A stretch of 64,000 bases of DNA from Candidatus Altimarinota bacterium (GCA_039809385.1 JBDHUY010000003.1:116050-180049); one strand, 5' to 3'; counted from the stretch's first letter, positions 9,182-19,780 are shown. The notes: generated by a model not told the origin, from the sequence alone. Numbers and translations are program-made.

Positions 9182-10399
9182 TTACACATGTTCGAGGATC
9201 TTCTTCAGTATTGCGACCAAGTGATCTATCTGTTCTTTCGTATTATTCAATCCTAATGAGATACGTAACAGAGGCGGATATTGTTTCAGGTGTTGGAGAT
9301 AATAGTGGCAACAAAAGTAGCCGCTGCGGCACATGATATGTTGTTCGCCGAGAAAAATGGCCAGCCGGTGGGCGTCGATTTTATCGCTATAGACACTGAT
9401 AACGGCGGTCGGGGTCGCGTTGATGATCGTCAAACGTTCTATTTCATGCAATTTTTGCCAGGTATGTTCGATCAACTCTTTTTCGTAAATTTGTGCGGTT
9501 TTCCCTTCCGGATTATACGTTTTTAACCAATCGATCGCCGCGTCGGTACCGACAATGCCGGACCAGTTTTGTAATCCCATTTCTAGGGGGGCGAATAACT
9601 CTTCCTCGTCCCGGATAAGGGTGTAGCTTTCTTTAAAAACGTCCGTCACCGTTCCCCCTCCAATGAAAAAGTATTCCAGTGTTTTTAACAGCTCTTTTTT
9701 AACAATCATAAACCCCAGACTGGGACCATACATTTTGTGTACCGATCCGCAAACAGCATCCCAATCGCCTTTTTGGAGCAACGCACGACTGTGGGCGAAC
9801 GACTGAGCCGCATCGAGTATGACAATTCCGCCTTGTTCGTGCGTATCTTTGACGAGTTGCTCTATATTTTTTAGCTCCCGACCGTCGATATTCGATGTGG
9901 CACTGAGAACTACGACCGCTTTTACAAGATCATCTCTTTCGTATAAAAGGTTTCCATCGTCATCCCGGGGAAGCACGATTCTGGTTGCCTGGTATTTTTG
10001 AGCGAAAGCGATGCTGGGGAGAAATACCGAATTGTGCTCTATCTCGGATGTGACGACTCGGGTGTACTTCCCGGACGGGAGTTGCATGAGCAGCAGGTTG
10101 ATCGCGTAAGTCGTATTGAGAGTAAAAGCCGTCGCGTAATCTTTTTCGTTTTTTTTCACCAGATCCAGTAATTTTTTACGAGCCCGGCGGGTATATTCAT
10201 CGACTCGTTGGCCCCATTGGTATTTTACCCGTCCGCCGCAGGCGTTGAAATCTGTGAAATACTCTTTCTGGGCGCTTACTACCTGCCATGGGCGCAGTGT
10301 CTGGCAGGCGGAATCGAAATAAAATGTATCTGGTTTGAGATACGAAAAATCGGTCGGGTGTTCCGATTCGACAGAGTTGTTTCGTTTAAAAGAGATCAT
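9182..10399 (-). CDS. Aminotransferase class V, SufS-like cysteine desulfurase
   Basis: YFDSACQT, EIEHNS, LDAAQS, SVHKMYGP (PLP Lys), CRSGYFCCH. Confidence 0.85.
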   Translation of the reverse strand: MISFKRNNSVESEHPTDFSYLKPDTFYFDSACQTLRPWQVVSAQKEYFTDFNACGGRVKYQWGQRVDEYTRRARKKLLDLVKKNEKDYATAFTLNTTYAINLLLMQLPSGKYTRVVTSEIEHNSVFLPSIAFAQKYQATRIVLPRDDDGNLLYERDDLVKAVVVLSATSNIDGRELKNIEQLVKDTHEQGGIVILDAAQSFAHSRALLQKGDWDAVCGSVHKMYGPSLGFMIVKKELLKTLEYFFIGGGTVTDVFKESYTLIRDEEELFAPLEMGLQNWSGIVGTDAAIDWLKTYNPEGKTAQIYEKELIEHTWQKLHEIERLTIINATPTAVISVYSDKIDAHRLAIFLGEQHIMCRSGYFCCHYYLQHLKQYPPLLRISLGLNNTKEQIDHLVAILKKILEHV

Positions 10400-10520
10400 G
10401 ACGAAGGGGTAAATGACAATCCGCCGCGGCGGACAAGTACCAAAATAATCTCAAAATCCCAATTTCTCAAGAGGGATTTGATATTTGATCCCCGGCGGCA
10501 TACTTACGGTTACCTGTTTC

Positions 10521-11531
10521 TCATATCATTCCCTGTTCTTTGAGCAAGGCGAGCGATTGTTTCATGGTAACCATACCGTCGCGTGCACCGGTTTCTATCG
10601 CATTGGGAATCTGATGGGTCGCGTTTTTGCGGATCATATTTGATACTTCGCTGTTGTTGGTGAGCACTTCGCAAGCGGCTACCCGGCCGGTTTTGTCTTT
10701 CTTTTTCAGCAATTCCTGCCACACTACCGCCTGAAGCGATAACGAGAGTGAGGATCGAATCTGGTTCTGTTTTTCAAACGGGAACATGTCGATGATCCGG
10801 TCCACCGCTTTGGCGGTTCCGCTGGTGTGGAGCGTCGCAAAGACCAGGGCGCCGGTCTCGGCTGCTTCCAGAGCCAGAGCTACGGTTTCGGGATCGCGCA
10901 TTTCTCCGACCAGGATGACATCCGCCGCTTCACGGAGTGCCGAATGTAACGCGGCTTGAAAGTTTGCCGTGTTGGTATAGACTTCGCGCTGATTAACCAG
11001 ACTTTTGGCCGAACTATAGACAAATTCGATCGGATCTTCGATCGTCAGAATATGTTTTCGTTTCTTTAGATTTATTTCCTGAATCAGGCTTGCCAGGGTC
11101 GTGCTTTTTCCGCTGCCGGTCGTTCCGGTGACCAGCACCAGTCCGTTTTTCAGATTGGTGAATTTATGAATAACTTCGGGCAGTCCCAAACTTTCAAACG
11201 CCGGGATCATATCAGGAATAAAACGAAAAACCATGCCAACGCCGGCATTGTTTAAAAATCCGTTTACTCTGAAGCGGCCTAACTTTTCCATACTCAACGA
11301 AAAGTCTATATCCAGATTAGCCTCGAAATGCTCTTTTTGCACAGGACTGAGGAGATCGATCAGATATTTCTCTGCCATATCGCGTTGTACCTCGCTGGCG
11401 CCTTCGATAAAAACGATATCGCCGTTGATCTTGAGCGCCGGCACGCTGCCGCTCGTTATAAACAAGTCCGAGGCTTTGTGTTCCTTGGCCAGTTCGAAAT
11501 ACTGGTCGAGTTTGGGAATTTTCGTGGTCAT
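10521..11531 (-). CDS. pilT: Type IV pilus retraction ATPase PilT/PilU
   Basis: GLVLVTGTTGSGKSTTLA, TIEDPIE, LVGEMRD, ATLHT. Confidence 0.92.
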   Translation of the reverse strand: MTTKIPKLDQYFELAKEHKASDLFITSGSVPALKINGDIVFIEGASEVQRDMAEKYLIDLLSPVQKEHFEANLDIDFSLSMEKLGRFRVNGFLNNAGVGMVFRFIPDMIPAFESLGLPEVIHKFTNLKNGLVLVTGTTGSGKSTTLASLIQEINLKKRKHILTIEDPIEFVYSSAKSLVNQREVYTNTANFQAALHSALREAADVILVGEMRDPETVALALEAAETGALVFATLHTSGTAKAVDRIIDMFPFEKQNQIRSSLSLSLQAVVWQELLKKKDKTGRVAACEVLTNNSEVSNMIRKNATHQIPNAIETGARDGMVTMKQSLALLKEQGMI

Positions 11532-11644
11532 GCGGGAGGAAGAGTTGATGAAAGTATCACAGTAGTATACTCTTTTTCGTGTTAAGAAGGCAAAGAGGTA
11601 GGATTGCCGGAGCGTTGTTTTGGTGGTCTAATGAAAGAACGAGA

Positions 11645-11885
11645 AAAGCTCAAATGTCAACGTTCAATCCACCGTGGCGGATCAAAAAAATCTCAAAGCA
11701 CCAAATATCGAAACTCTAGCATAATTTATTATTTGATGAATACGGCGTAAGTTAGTCACTCATGGCAGATAACGGCTTATAAGCAGGTAAATAAGAAGCG
11801 CACATCTTTGCTCTTCTGTTATTTGAAAATTTGGAAATTTGATATTTAGATTTGATTTGGCATTTGAGCTTTGGTATTTGAACGT
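11645..11885. repeat. 7-nt-period inverted-arm element
   Basis: Left aaagctcaaatgtcaa pairs with right ttggcatttgagcttt; internal ccaccgtggcgg palindrome. Confidence 0.65.
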
Positions 11886-11940
11886 ATAATCTTTCATATG
11901 ACATCTTTAATTACATAATTTACTTTTTCGCTCCTGAAAC

Positions 11941-12525
11941 CTGAAAACTTCCTCTAAACTTCTCATTGCCGGGATCGATGAGGCCGGGCGCGGGCCGTGG
12001 GCGGGGCCGGTGGTGGCGGCGTGCGTCATATTGCCGCCGCGGTTCGATACCAGTTTGCTGAGAGATTCCAAAGTTATGACGTCCCAAGCCCGCGATGTCG
12101 TATTTGATGTTTTGGTTAAACGGGTCGATTTTGGCATCGGTATAATCGATAGTACTGTTATCGACAGTGTCGGTATCAAACGTGCTAATTTCGCGGCGAT
12201 GCAGCAAGCATTGAACAGTTTATCGAAGAAACCCGAGCGGGCGCTCATCGATGGCCGCGACGGCTATTATTTTCCGGGAATAGCGTGCGAATCCATCGTG
12301 CGCGGTGATGCCCTTGTTCCCGCCATATCCGCCGCTTCCATTATAGCCAAAGTCTGGCGCGACCGGATTATGGAAATGTATCACGAAGCCTACCCTCGTT
12401 ACGGTTTTCAACATCATAAAGGCTATGGCACGGAGCTGCATGCGCGTAATTTACGCGAATACGGTCCATGTCCGATCCATCGTTTTTCGTTTGCGCCCGT
12501 ACGGGATTTTGTTTCGCAATTTTAA
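11941..12525 (+). CDS. rnhB: Ribonuclease HII (apparent CTG start)
   Basis: IAGIDEAGRGPWAGPVVAACV lies upstream of the ORF-track start; RDSK, IDG, ISAASIIAKV.RD, HKGYGT; in-frame TGA at 11935. Confidence 0.92.
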   Translation: MKTSSKLLIAGIDEAGRGPWAGPVVAACVILPPRFDTSLLRDSKVMTSQARDVVFDVLVKRVDFGIGIIDSTVIDSVGIKRANFAAMQQALNSLSKKPERALIDGRDGYYFPGIACESIVRGDALVPAISAASIIAKVWRDRIMEMYHEAYPRYGFQHHKGYGTELHARNLREYGPCPIHRFSFAPVRDFVSQF

Positions 12526-12564
12526 CGTACTTCCCCTATACTGCTGGCGTTGCTTTTTAACTAA

Positions 12565-13734
12565 TTGCGTTTTGTGCCTCCTCAGCCTTCTTCCCAAGCA
12601 TTTACGGCCGAATTGATCGTCGATGGTCAGCAATTTTTTGACACATTGCTCGACTGTATTACGCGCGCCAAATATTCTATCCATATAAAAATTTTTATGT
12701 GGAGGAACGACGCCCGTGGCAGAGCGGTTCTGATGGCGCTTGAGAAAAAGATCCGCCAAACGCCTTCTATTCAAGTCACGATTGAAAAAGATGCGTTTGG
12801 CAGTCGTATTTATAATCTGGCCCGCTATATTTCGCTCGGCAATACGCCCGGAGATATTTTTTCCAGTACCTACGGACTGACTTTTCTGCGTACCTATAAA
12901 AGTAACGTTCATTTCAGCTATATTGGTTCCCGGTCACTGTTTTTCTTCAAATATCTCAAAGAGATCGATCACTCCAAAGTACTGGTGTTCGATCATCTTA
13001 CCCCGAACGCAAAAGCCATGATCGGCGGTATGAACCTGGCCGACGAATATCTGACCGATCCCAACCACGAGGATCCGGATCTGGGCGGCTGGCATGATTA
13101 CATGGTGCTGCTGCGCGGCATGCCGGTCCAGCAGTTGCTTCCGGAGCCCCAAAAGAAAAGCAAGAAACAGAACTGGTTTTTCCGTTCGCTCCGGCAAGGC
13201 CTGGAGGTGCTGGTCCATGTTGGCGGACGGCGCAGATTCCGCCATACGGTCTTGGCTGAACTTTCCCGCGCCAAAGAAACGGTTGTGATCGAACACGGCT
13301 ATATAACAGACGATCCCGTCATTCGCAAGATTCAGTCTTTAGCGCAAAACGGTGTGCGGGTACAGGTTATCCTGCCAGATCGCTCCGACGGTTTTTTTCA
13401 TGCCAATATTGCCTCGGTGCGTAAACTCTTGAAACCGTCGCCTTCTTTTCCTGATAAAAACAAGTTTCTTACTGTTTTTCTCTATCGTGGCATGATTCAT
13501 GGCAAGGTTATGGTGATTGATCAACAAACTGCCATCGTCGGCTCGGCAAATCTCACCCGTCTCAGTTTCAATTTGCTTCAGGAGACCAACGCAATTTTTC
13601 GAAGTACCAGCGGTATCGTTACCAGACTGGTCGACCAGCTTTCTGCCGATCTGGCCAATTGCGAAGCATTGACTTGGGAAACTATCCCGCGGTTTAATCC
13701 GGTACGGGCTTTTTTTGAACGTATGGTGATCTAG
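12565..13734 (+). CDS. Phospholipase D / cardiolipin synthase-like protein
   Basis: Two HKD motifs: HSKVLVFD..IGGMN and HGKVMVID..VGSAN. Confidence 0.85.
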   Translation: MRFVPPQPSSQAFTAELIVDGQQFFDTLLDCITRAKYSIHIKIFMWRNDARGRAVLMALEKKIRQTPSIQVTIEKDAFGSRIYNLARYISLGNTPGDIFSSTYGLTFLRTYKSNVHFSYIGSRSLFFFKYLKEIDHSKVLVFDHLTPNAKAMIGGMNLADEYLTDPNHEDPDLGGWHDYMVLLRGMPVQQLLPEPQKKSKKQNWFFRSLRQGLEVLVHVGGRRRFRHTVLAELSRAKETVVIEHGYITDDPVIRKIQSLAQNGVRVQVILPDRSDGFFHANIASVRKLLKPSPSFPDKNKFLTVFLYRGMIHGKVMVIDQQTAIVGSANLTRLSFNLLQETNAIFRSTSGIVTRLVDQLSADLANCEALTWETIPRFNPVRAFFERMVI

Positions 13735-13820
13735 CGGGGCAGCAATTCGGCTCTCAGCATGAAGTAGTCAATAAGGACAGCCCCAACAGCGTTTCTTCGT
13801 GGCGGCCGGTAAAAATAATG

Positions 13821-13862
13821 AATTTCTACAAATTTCTATGATTTTTCGTAAATTTCTATCAA
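13821..13862 (+). repeat. 10-nt-period tandem repeat
   Basis: aatttctaca aatttctatg atttttcgta aatttctatc. Confidence 0.6.
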
Positions 13863-14073
13863 CGTTCTGGTTGTAAATAAGACGTTCAGCATTCAGTCGG
13901 TGGTGAGTACAAGCCTTAGCCGTCTGCATTAAATCATCAATCATAACTCATCATTCGTACAGTATAATTCGTTTTGACCGACGGGGAATGTCCGATTATA
14001 GTAGTATTGCCAGTCATACTTTCCATACTTTTGTGGTTATTTGATTTATAGGTTTAGAAAATAGAAAAAATCT

Positions 14074-14103
14074 TTGACAAGCTTGTCGTTTACATAGTAG
14101 TAT
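14074..14103 (+). promoter_or_regulatory. Putative sigma70 promoter of the RND operon, with palindrome over the -35
   Basis: TTGACA-N18-TAGTAT; gacaagcttgtc palindrome. Confidence 0.4.
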
Positions 14104-14208
14104 ACATACCTTTCGGGTGCTTCGGTTCGATCAAAATACCAAAACAAAAGCCTTTTTGTTTCTATCTTTTAAAAACCGGTTTTTTGTTTTTTTATCGTTT
14201 CGTTCTTT

Positions 14209-16263
14209 ATGCAGCAACGCCGTTTCTTGTCTTTTGTCGGGCTTTTGCTCATTCTATCCGCTTGCAGCTCCCAGGCGCAGCCGGAAGTAGTTGATCAGAC
14301 CCTTTCCCGTCCGACTGTCCCGGTCAAGACCCGTTCCTTAAGCGAACTGGCGATACGCGAGCGGGGACTCGAGTATCCGGGTGTGGTGGTGTCGGGTTCC
14401 GAAGTCCGTGTCATTTCCAAAAGCGCCGGCACGGTTTCCGAATTGTCGTTTGAGGTCGGTGATACGGTCCGTTCCGGGCAGACGCTCGTACGTCTGGATG
14501 TGGGAGAGTCGAGCGTGACCAAAACCAACTATCAAAATGCGTTGCAGGCCCGGGACAATATGCAGCGTAATATTACCAATACCGCTCAAGTAAGCGACGA
14601 ACAGATCCGCCAGGCCTCTCTGGCCGTTGAACAGGCCCGCCAGTCTTTCGAACTGGCCCGGAAAAACTATGACAATCTTCAAAACAGCGCCGAAAAAGAT
14701 ATGCGCTCCTCCGAAATTGCCGCCGAGCAGGCCCGTAGTGGCCGCGACAATCTGGGAAAAACTACCGACGAGTCTCTAAAAAGCGCGCAGCTAGGCTACG
14801 ATACGGCTAAAGTTGCTACCGAGGGGGCGCGTATCTCTCTGGAAAATCGTAAAAAAGATTTCGAGAAGGCCTCGGGAGATTTGCAGGAGAATATAAAAAT
14901 AGCCACCGACGGGGCGATTACTCTGGCCGGAGCCTTACTGGACGGCGTTAATGCGATGACCGGATTCGACGATAAAAATCTGGTCAACATTTCGTATCGC
15001 GACAATTTGGGAGCGCTTAAACAATCGACCTATGAATCGGCCGAGGAAGCCTATGAAGAGGCCAAACGTTTTTACAATCAGGTAAAAAACGAGACGTTTT
15101 CCGGCCCTTCCTCCCGGTTGCAATCGATACTGGAGCTACTCTCTAAAATAAAACGCATGACCGATACTTCCAAAGATTTGCTGGACAACAGTTTTGTATC
15201 GGCAGCACTTTCGCTCGATCTTCTGAGTCGTTTTCAGACAAGTCTGGCCGGCTACCAAGCACAAGTAACGCAAATGGAACTGACGATGAACCAGCTGAAG
15301 CAATCTGATGAAAAGCTGGATCTGGATACTTCTTCCGTTCTTGAAGGCTTACAGAAAGCATATGAAATTACATTACAGCAGGAAAAGAGCGCCGCTCAAG
15401 CCGTCGAAAATCTCAAAGCCGGCAATACCGCCCAGCAGGATCAAGCCGGTTACGGCGTGACATTGGCCGAAAATCAGGTCAAATCGTTATCGGTAAAATT
15501 ACAAACCCAGCTCGATGCGGCCAAAGCCCAGGTCGATTTGGCCGATCTTCAATACAAAACGGCTCAGACAGCCTTGGAAACGGCTCGTAAAGGACGCACG
15601 TCGCAACTTGACAGTCTTAACTCCCAGCTCGATGCGATGGAAGGGCAGCTGAATCTGGCTAAGATTCAGCTTGATCAGCTGACTGTCGCCGCCCCGGTTA
15701 CCGCTCGTGTCCAAAAGAAAGAAGTGGATGTCGGTCAAGTAGTTAATCCCGGTCAGTCTATCGCCGTTTTGCAGGGGGACGACGTCGTTAAAGTACAGTT
15801 TTTCGTCCCCGAAACCGATCTTTCGGCCTTTTCGCTTGCGACACCCCTCGAAATCCGCAATAAGAGCGGTATCCGTTTCTCTGGTACGGTCTCTGCAATC
15901 TCTCCCCAGGCTGATCCGGTTTCGCGCCGTTTCCTGATCGATATAACGCTGGATCAGAACTCGGGCAGTTTTCCGGTGGTCGGCGCGGTCGTGACGGTGC
16001 TCTACCGTCAAGCCAAAGCTGCTGCCGATGCCGACTCGGTCTACCTGCCCTTGGAAATCGTGACGGTAAATCAAAACGAAAGTTTCATCTATGTGGCCAC
16101 AGCCGAGAATGCCGCCAAGAAATATCCGGTCACGGTCGTGGCCGTGGAAGGGGAATATGCTCTGATAAAAACCGACCTTCCGGTCGCAACGCAGATTATC
16201 GTTGAGGGACAGAAGTTGCTCAAAGACGGTGATCCGGTGAGTATCGAACAGAAATCCAGTTAA
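14209..16263 (+). CDS. RND efflux periplasmic adaptor (lipoprotein) with very long coiled coil
   Basis: Lipobox LSAC, lipoyl half-motifs GTV..L.FEVGDTV.SGQ and AAPVTARV...V.VGQVV.PG, ISPQADPVSR. Confidence 0.88.
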   Translation: MQQRRFLSFVGLLLILSACSSQAQPEVVDQTLSRPTVPVKTRSLSELAIRERGLEYPGVVVSGSEVRVISKSAGTVSELSFEVGDTVRSGQTLVRLDVGESSVTKTNYQNALQARDNMQRNITNTAQVSDEQIRQASLAVEQARQSFELARKNYDNLQNSAEKDMRSSEIAAEQARSGRDNLGKTTDESLKSAQLGYDTAKVATEGARISLENRKKDFEKASGDLQENIKIATDGAITLAGALLDGVNAMTGFDDKNLVNISYRDNLGALKQSTYESAEEAYEEAKRFYNQVKNETFSGPSSRLQSILELLSKIKRMTDTSKDLLDNSFVSAALSLDLLSRFQTSLAGYQAQVTQMELTMNQLKQSDEKLDLDTSSVLEGLQKAYEITLQQEKSAAQAVENLKAGNTAQQDQAGYGVTLAENQVKSLSVKLQTQLDAAKAQVDLADLQYKTAQTALETARKGRTSQLDSLNSQLDAMEGQLNLAKIQLDQLTVAAPVTARVQKKEVDVGQVVNPGQSIAVLQGDDVVKVQFFVPETDLSAFSLATPLEIRNKSGIRFSGTVSAISPQADPVSRRFLIDITLDQNSGSFPVVGAVVTVLYRQAKAAADADSVYLPLEIVTVNQNESFIYVATAENAAKKYPVTVVAVEGEYALIKTDLPVATQIIVEGQKLLKDGDPVSIEQKSS

Positions 16264-16305
16264 GTAGGTATTGCCCTTATAGCCTTTGAACCTTTATCTT
16301 TATCT

Positions 16306-19300
16306 ATGCCGAAAAAAGAAACTTCCGCCCATCAGTCCGCCGATTCTCTGTATCTTGAACAGCTCGAATTCAAGCCGGAATTGAACAAAATGTTCCTGAA
16401 CTTTTTCGTGAGGAATGTCAGAGTGGTCATGTTGCTGATGATTTTGATCATTCTCGTCGGACTCTTCGCTTTTTTCCGGCTGCCTCGTGAATCCGATCCT
16501 GAGGTCAAGATTCCGTTTGCCGTCGTCAATGCGGTCTATCCCGGGGCTTCGCCCGGCGATGTGGAAGAACTGGTAACGAAGAAACTGGAAACTGAAATCA
16601 GCGGTGTCAAAGGTATCAAGACAATCACTTCCAATTCGTATAATTCAGTCTCCAGCCTGAGCATTGAATTCGAGTCGAATCTGGATGGGGAAACGGTCGT
16701 GCGGAAGTTACGCGATGCGGTCAATACCGTCAAACCTGAGCTGCCCGACGAAGTCGAAGAGCCCTTGGTTCGAGAGATCTCGGTACGCGACGCTCCTATC
16801 TGGACATTGAGTATCAGCGGTCCCTATGACGGATTTGTTTTACGTGATTTTGCCGAACAATTGCAGGATGACCTGGAAGTCATCCCGACGGTCCGTGAAG
16901 TACAGGTATTCGGCGGTGACGAGGCCGAGCTCGAGGTGGCCTACGATCCGCAAAAACTGATTGCCTACAATCTTTCGCCCGACACGGTCAACGGTCTGAT
17001 CCGGGCTGCCAATCTGGGAATTCCGGCCGGCGTATTCGAATCGCAGCCCTATACGTATACGGTGCGCAGCGACAGCCGTTTTTATGATGACAAAACTTTG
17101 GGCAATCTGCCGGTTCTTTCCACCACTCAGGGCGCCGTCGTCTATCTGAAAGACGTGGCATCTGTCTCGGAGAAAGCGATCAAACGTACTATTTTTTCGC
17201 GTCTTTCGATCAAAGGTTCTGCGCCTGAGAATTCCGTTTCGGTGAGTATTATCAAAAAAACCGGCGGATCGATTATCGATACCGTCCATGCCGCCAATCG
17301 TAAAGTCGACGAACTGTTTAAGACACTGCCGGCCGATTTGAAAAAAGATGTCACGTATGACGATGCCGAACAGATCGAAAAAGATTTCGACCGTTTGTCG
17401 CACGACTTTCTGATCACGATTCTGCTTGTATTCGGCATTCTGTTTCTCACTATCGGTCTCAAAGAGGCTCTCATGGCCGGTCTGGTCATTCCGCTGACAT
17501 TTTTTGCAACGTTTGGGGTGATGCTTGGAACCGGCACCTCGCTTAATTTCCTGTCGATATTTTCGTTGCTTTTGTCACTCGGTTTAATTGTCGACGATGC
17601 CATTGTGGTCGTGGCCGCCACAAAACAGTATCTTTCTTCGGGAAAATTTACTCCCGAAGAAGCCGTTTTGCTGGTACTGAACGATTTTAAAGTTCCGCTG
17701 ATCACGACGACGCTGACGACCATTTGGGCTTTTCTGCCCCTGCTGCTCTCGACCGGCATTACCGGCGAATATATCAAATCGATTCCGGTGACTGTCTCGA
17801 CCATGCTTGCGGCTTCCACGATCATTGCTCTGGTTATCAATCATCCGCTGGCTGCTTTTCTCGAACGTCTTCGCTTGACCGGCCGTGTCTTTGGCATTAT
17901 TACCGGAATCGTCACCTTGGTTGCGCTGATCAGCCTGGGGACTGGAAATATCTTTCTGTTCGTCATTACGCTGATTCTGCTCATTGTTCTGATACTTTGG
18001 TACTTTTTTCGCGGAAAAAAGATTATGCGACAAAATAGTGTACTATTAGAAGCCGAAGCAACCGATCCCGAAAAAATTAAACAGAAACTCAAACTCCAGG
18101 TCAGTCGAGAGCATGCCAATTTCTGGGAGAGGTTGATTCACGGTATTTTTCAACTCAACTTTTTTCTGCCCCTGTACGATCGCCTGATCCGCTGGATGAT
18201 TAAAACCCGCCTCACACGTTTTCTTACGCTCTTTGTTACTTTTCTGCTCTTTTGCGGAGCGATTTTTCTGGTTATGACCGGAGCGGTCAAAAGCGAATTT
18301 TTTCCGAAAACCGATTATCCGCTGATGTATATAACGCTCGAAGCGCCGGTTGGTCTGCGTCTCGAAGAGACGGATAAACTAGTGCAAAGGCTTGAAGATT
18401 ATCTGATGACGATTCCCGAAGTTAAGAATTTTTCCACGACTGTGGGGCGTGAGGTCAGCGTTGGAATCGGCGGCGGTGCCAGTACCGGAACGCATCTGGC
18501 TACCATCTCGGTTTCTTTGGTGGATAAAGAAGAACGTCATATTGTATCCTATGTTCTGGCCGATCGGATGCGTCAGGAGCTTCAGTCTTTTGAAGGAGCC
18601 GTTGTCTCGGTCGTCGCTCCCAGTGGCGGTCCTCCCGCCGGTGCCGATATCGAAATGCGGATTAAAGGCGAGGATCTTAAGATTCTGGAAACATTGGGCC
18701 AGGAATATCAGTCTCTGTTAGGCCAGGTTCCTGGCGTAGTTGATACGTCGTTGTCGCTGAAACCTTCCCCGGCCGAATATACGTTTCAGCTTGATCCTTC
18801 TCTGCTTCGATTGTACGGCCTGACGACAGCCCAGGTTGGAGGAACATTACGCATGGCGATTGCCGGTACCGAAGTTACAAAAGTGCTGCGCGCGGGTGAC
18901 GAAATCAAGGTCGTGGCCCGCTTTGACAAAACGAAGATTCCGTCGCTCGAAGATCTGCAGAATATTCAATTGATCAATCAAATGGGTAGTCCGGTGTTTC
19001 TCAAAGACGTTGCCTCGATACAACTTACTCCGTCTTTGGAAAAAATCACCCGGATTGATCAGGATCGTGTGGTCATCCTTTCCGGGACCGTAAGTGCCAA
19101 GACCAATCCGTCCGAAGCGCTGGCCGAATATAAGAAACGCATTGCGTCCAAAATATTGCCGACTGGCTATGTGGTGGAGTTTGGCGGACAGAACGAAGAA
19201 AACGAAGAGTCGGTCACTTCGATTCTTAACGCGATGACTCTCTCTTTTTTGCTGATCATCGCAACCATGGTGATCCAATTCAACTCGTTTCGGAAATCGC

Positions 19301-19701
19301 TGATTGTGCTGGTGACGATCCCCCTGGCGCTTATCGGTGTCATGTTCGGACTGGCTCTGGTCCAGATCCCGCTCTCTTTTCCGGGGCTGATCGGTATTCT
19401 GGCGTTGTTCGGGATCGTGGTCAAAAACGCGATTATCTTGATCGACAAAATCGACTTGAATATCCGTACCGGCATTCCATTCGACGAAGCGATTATCGAC
19501 GGCGGGAAATCTCGCCTGGAAGCGATTTTTATTACTTCTTTCGCAACTATCGTAGGTATTATTCCGATCACGTTGTCGAGCGATTTATGGAAAGCCCTCG
19601 GCAGTGCCATTATCGCCGGGCTAAGTTGCTCTTCGTTTCTAACTCTCTTTATTATTCCCACCTTGTTCCGGACGCTTATTTCCGAAAAGGAGCGATTTTA
19701 A
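16306..19701 (+). CDS. AcrB/AcrD/AcrF family RND permease
   Basis: YPGASP.DVEELVT, SLGLIVDDAIVV, GIVVKNAIILID, RLEAIFITS. Confidence 0.95.
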   Translation: MPKKETSAHQSADSLYLEQLEFKPELNKMFLNFFVRNVRVVMLLMILIILVGLFAFFRLPRESDPEVKIPFAVVNAVYPGASPGDVEELVTKKLETEISGVKGIKTITSNSYNSVSSLSIEFESNLDGETVVRKLRDAVNTVKPELPDEVEEPLVREISVRDAPIWTLSISGPYDGFVLRDFAEQLQDDLEVIPTVREVQVFGGDEAELEVAYDPQKLIAYNLSPDTVNGLIRAANLGIPAGVFESQPYTYTVRSDSRFYDDKTLGNLPVLSTTQGAVVYLKDVASVSEKAIKRTIFSRLSIKGSAPENSVSVSIIKKTGGSIIDTVHAANRKVDELFKTLPADLKKDVTYDDAEQIEKDFDRLSHDFLITILLVFGILFLTIGLKEALMAGLVIPLTFFATFGVMLGTGTSLNFLSIFSLLLSLGLIVDDAIVVVAATKQYLSSGKFTPEEAVLLVLNDFKVPLITTTLTTIWAFLPLLLSTGITGEYIKSIPVTVSTMLAASTIIALVINHPLAAFLERLRLTGRVFGIITGIVTLVALISLGTGNIFLFVITLILLIVLILWYFFRGKKIMRQNSVLLEAEATDPEKIKQKLKLQVSREHANFWERLIHGIFQLNFFLPLYDRLIRWMIKTRLTRFLTLFVTFLLFCGAIFLVMTGAVKSEFFPKTDYPLMYITLEAPVGLRLEETDKLVQRLEDYLMTIPEVKNFSTTVGREVSVGIGGGASTGTHLATISVSLVDKEERHIVSYVLADRMRQELQSFEGAVVSVVAPSGGPPAGADIEMRIKGEDLKILETLGQEYQSLLGQVPGVVDTSLSLKPSPAEYTFQLDPSLLRLYGLTTAQVGGTLRMAIAGTEVTKVLRAGDEIKVVARFDKTKIPSLEDLQNIQLINQMGSPVFLKDVASIQLTPSLEKITRIDQDRVVILSGTVSAKTNPSEALAEYKKRIASKILPTGYVVEFGGQNEENEESVTSILNAMTLSFLLIIATMVIQFNSFRKSLIVLVTIPLALIGVMFGLALVQIPLSFPGLIGILALFGIVVKNAIILIDKIDLNIRTGIPFDEAIIDGGKSRLEAIFITSFATIVGIIPITLSSDLWKALGSAIIAGLSCSSFLTLFIIPTLFRTLISEKERF

Positions 19702-19780
19702 AGGTGAGAATCCTTTTACCTTGAAAAAAATCAGTGGGACTTTATACTAAAGAAGTGTTATTTTGCTCTCATTTTTGCCT

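Noticed and set aside
13735-14208. Riboswitch upstream of the RND operon
   Set aside because: No recognisable aptamer consensus; the gap is explained by periodic repeats and promoters
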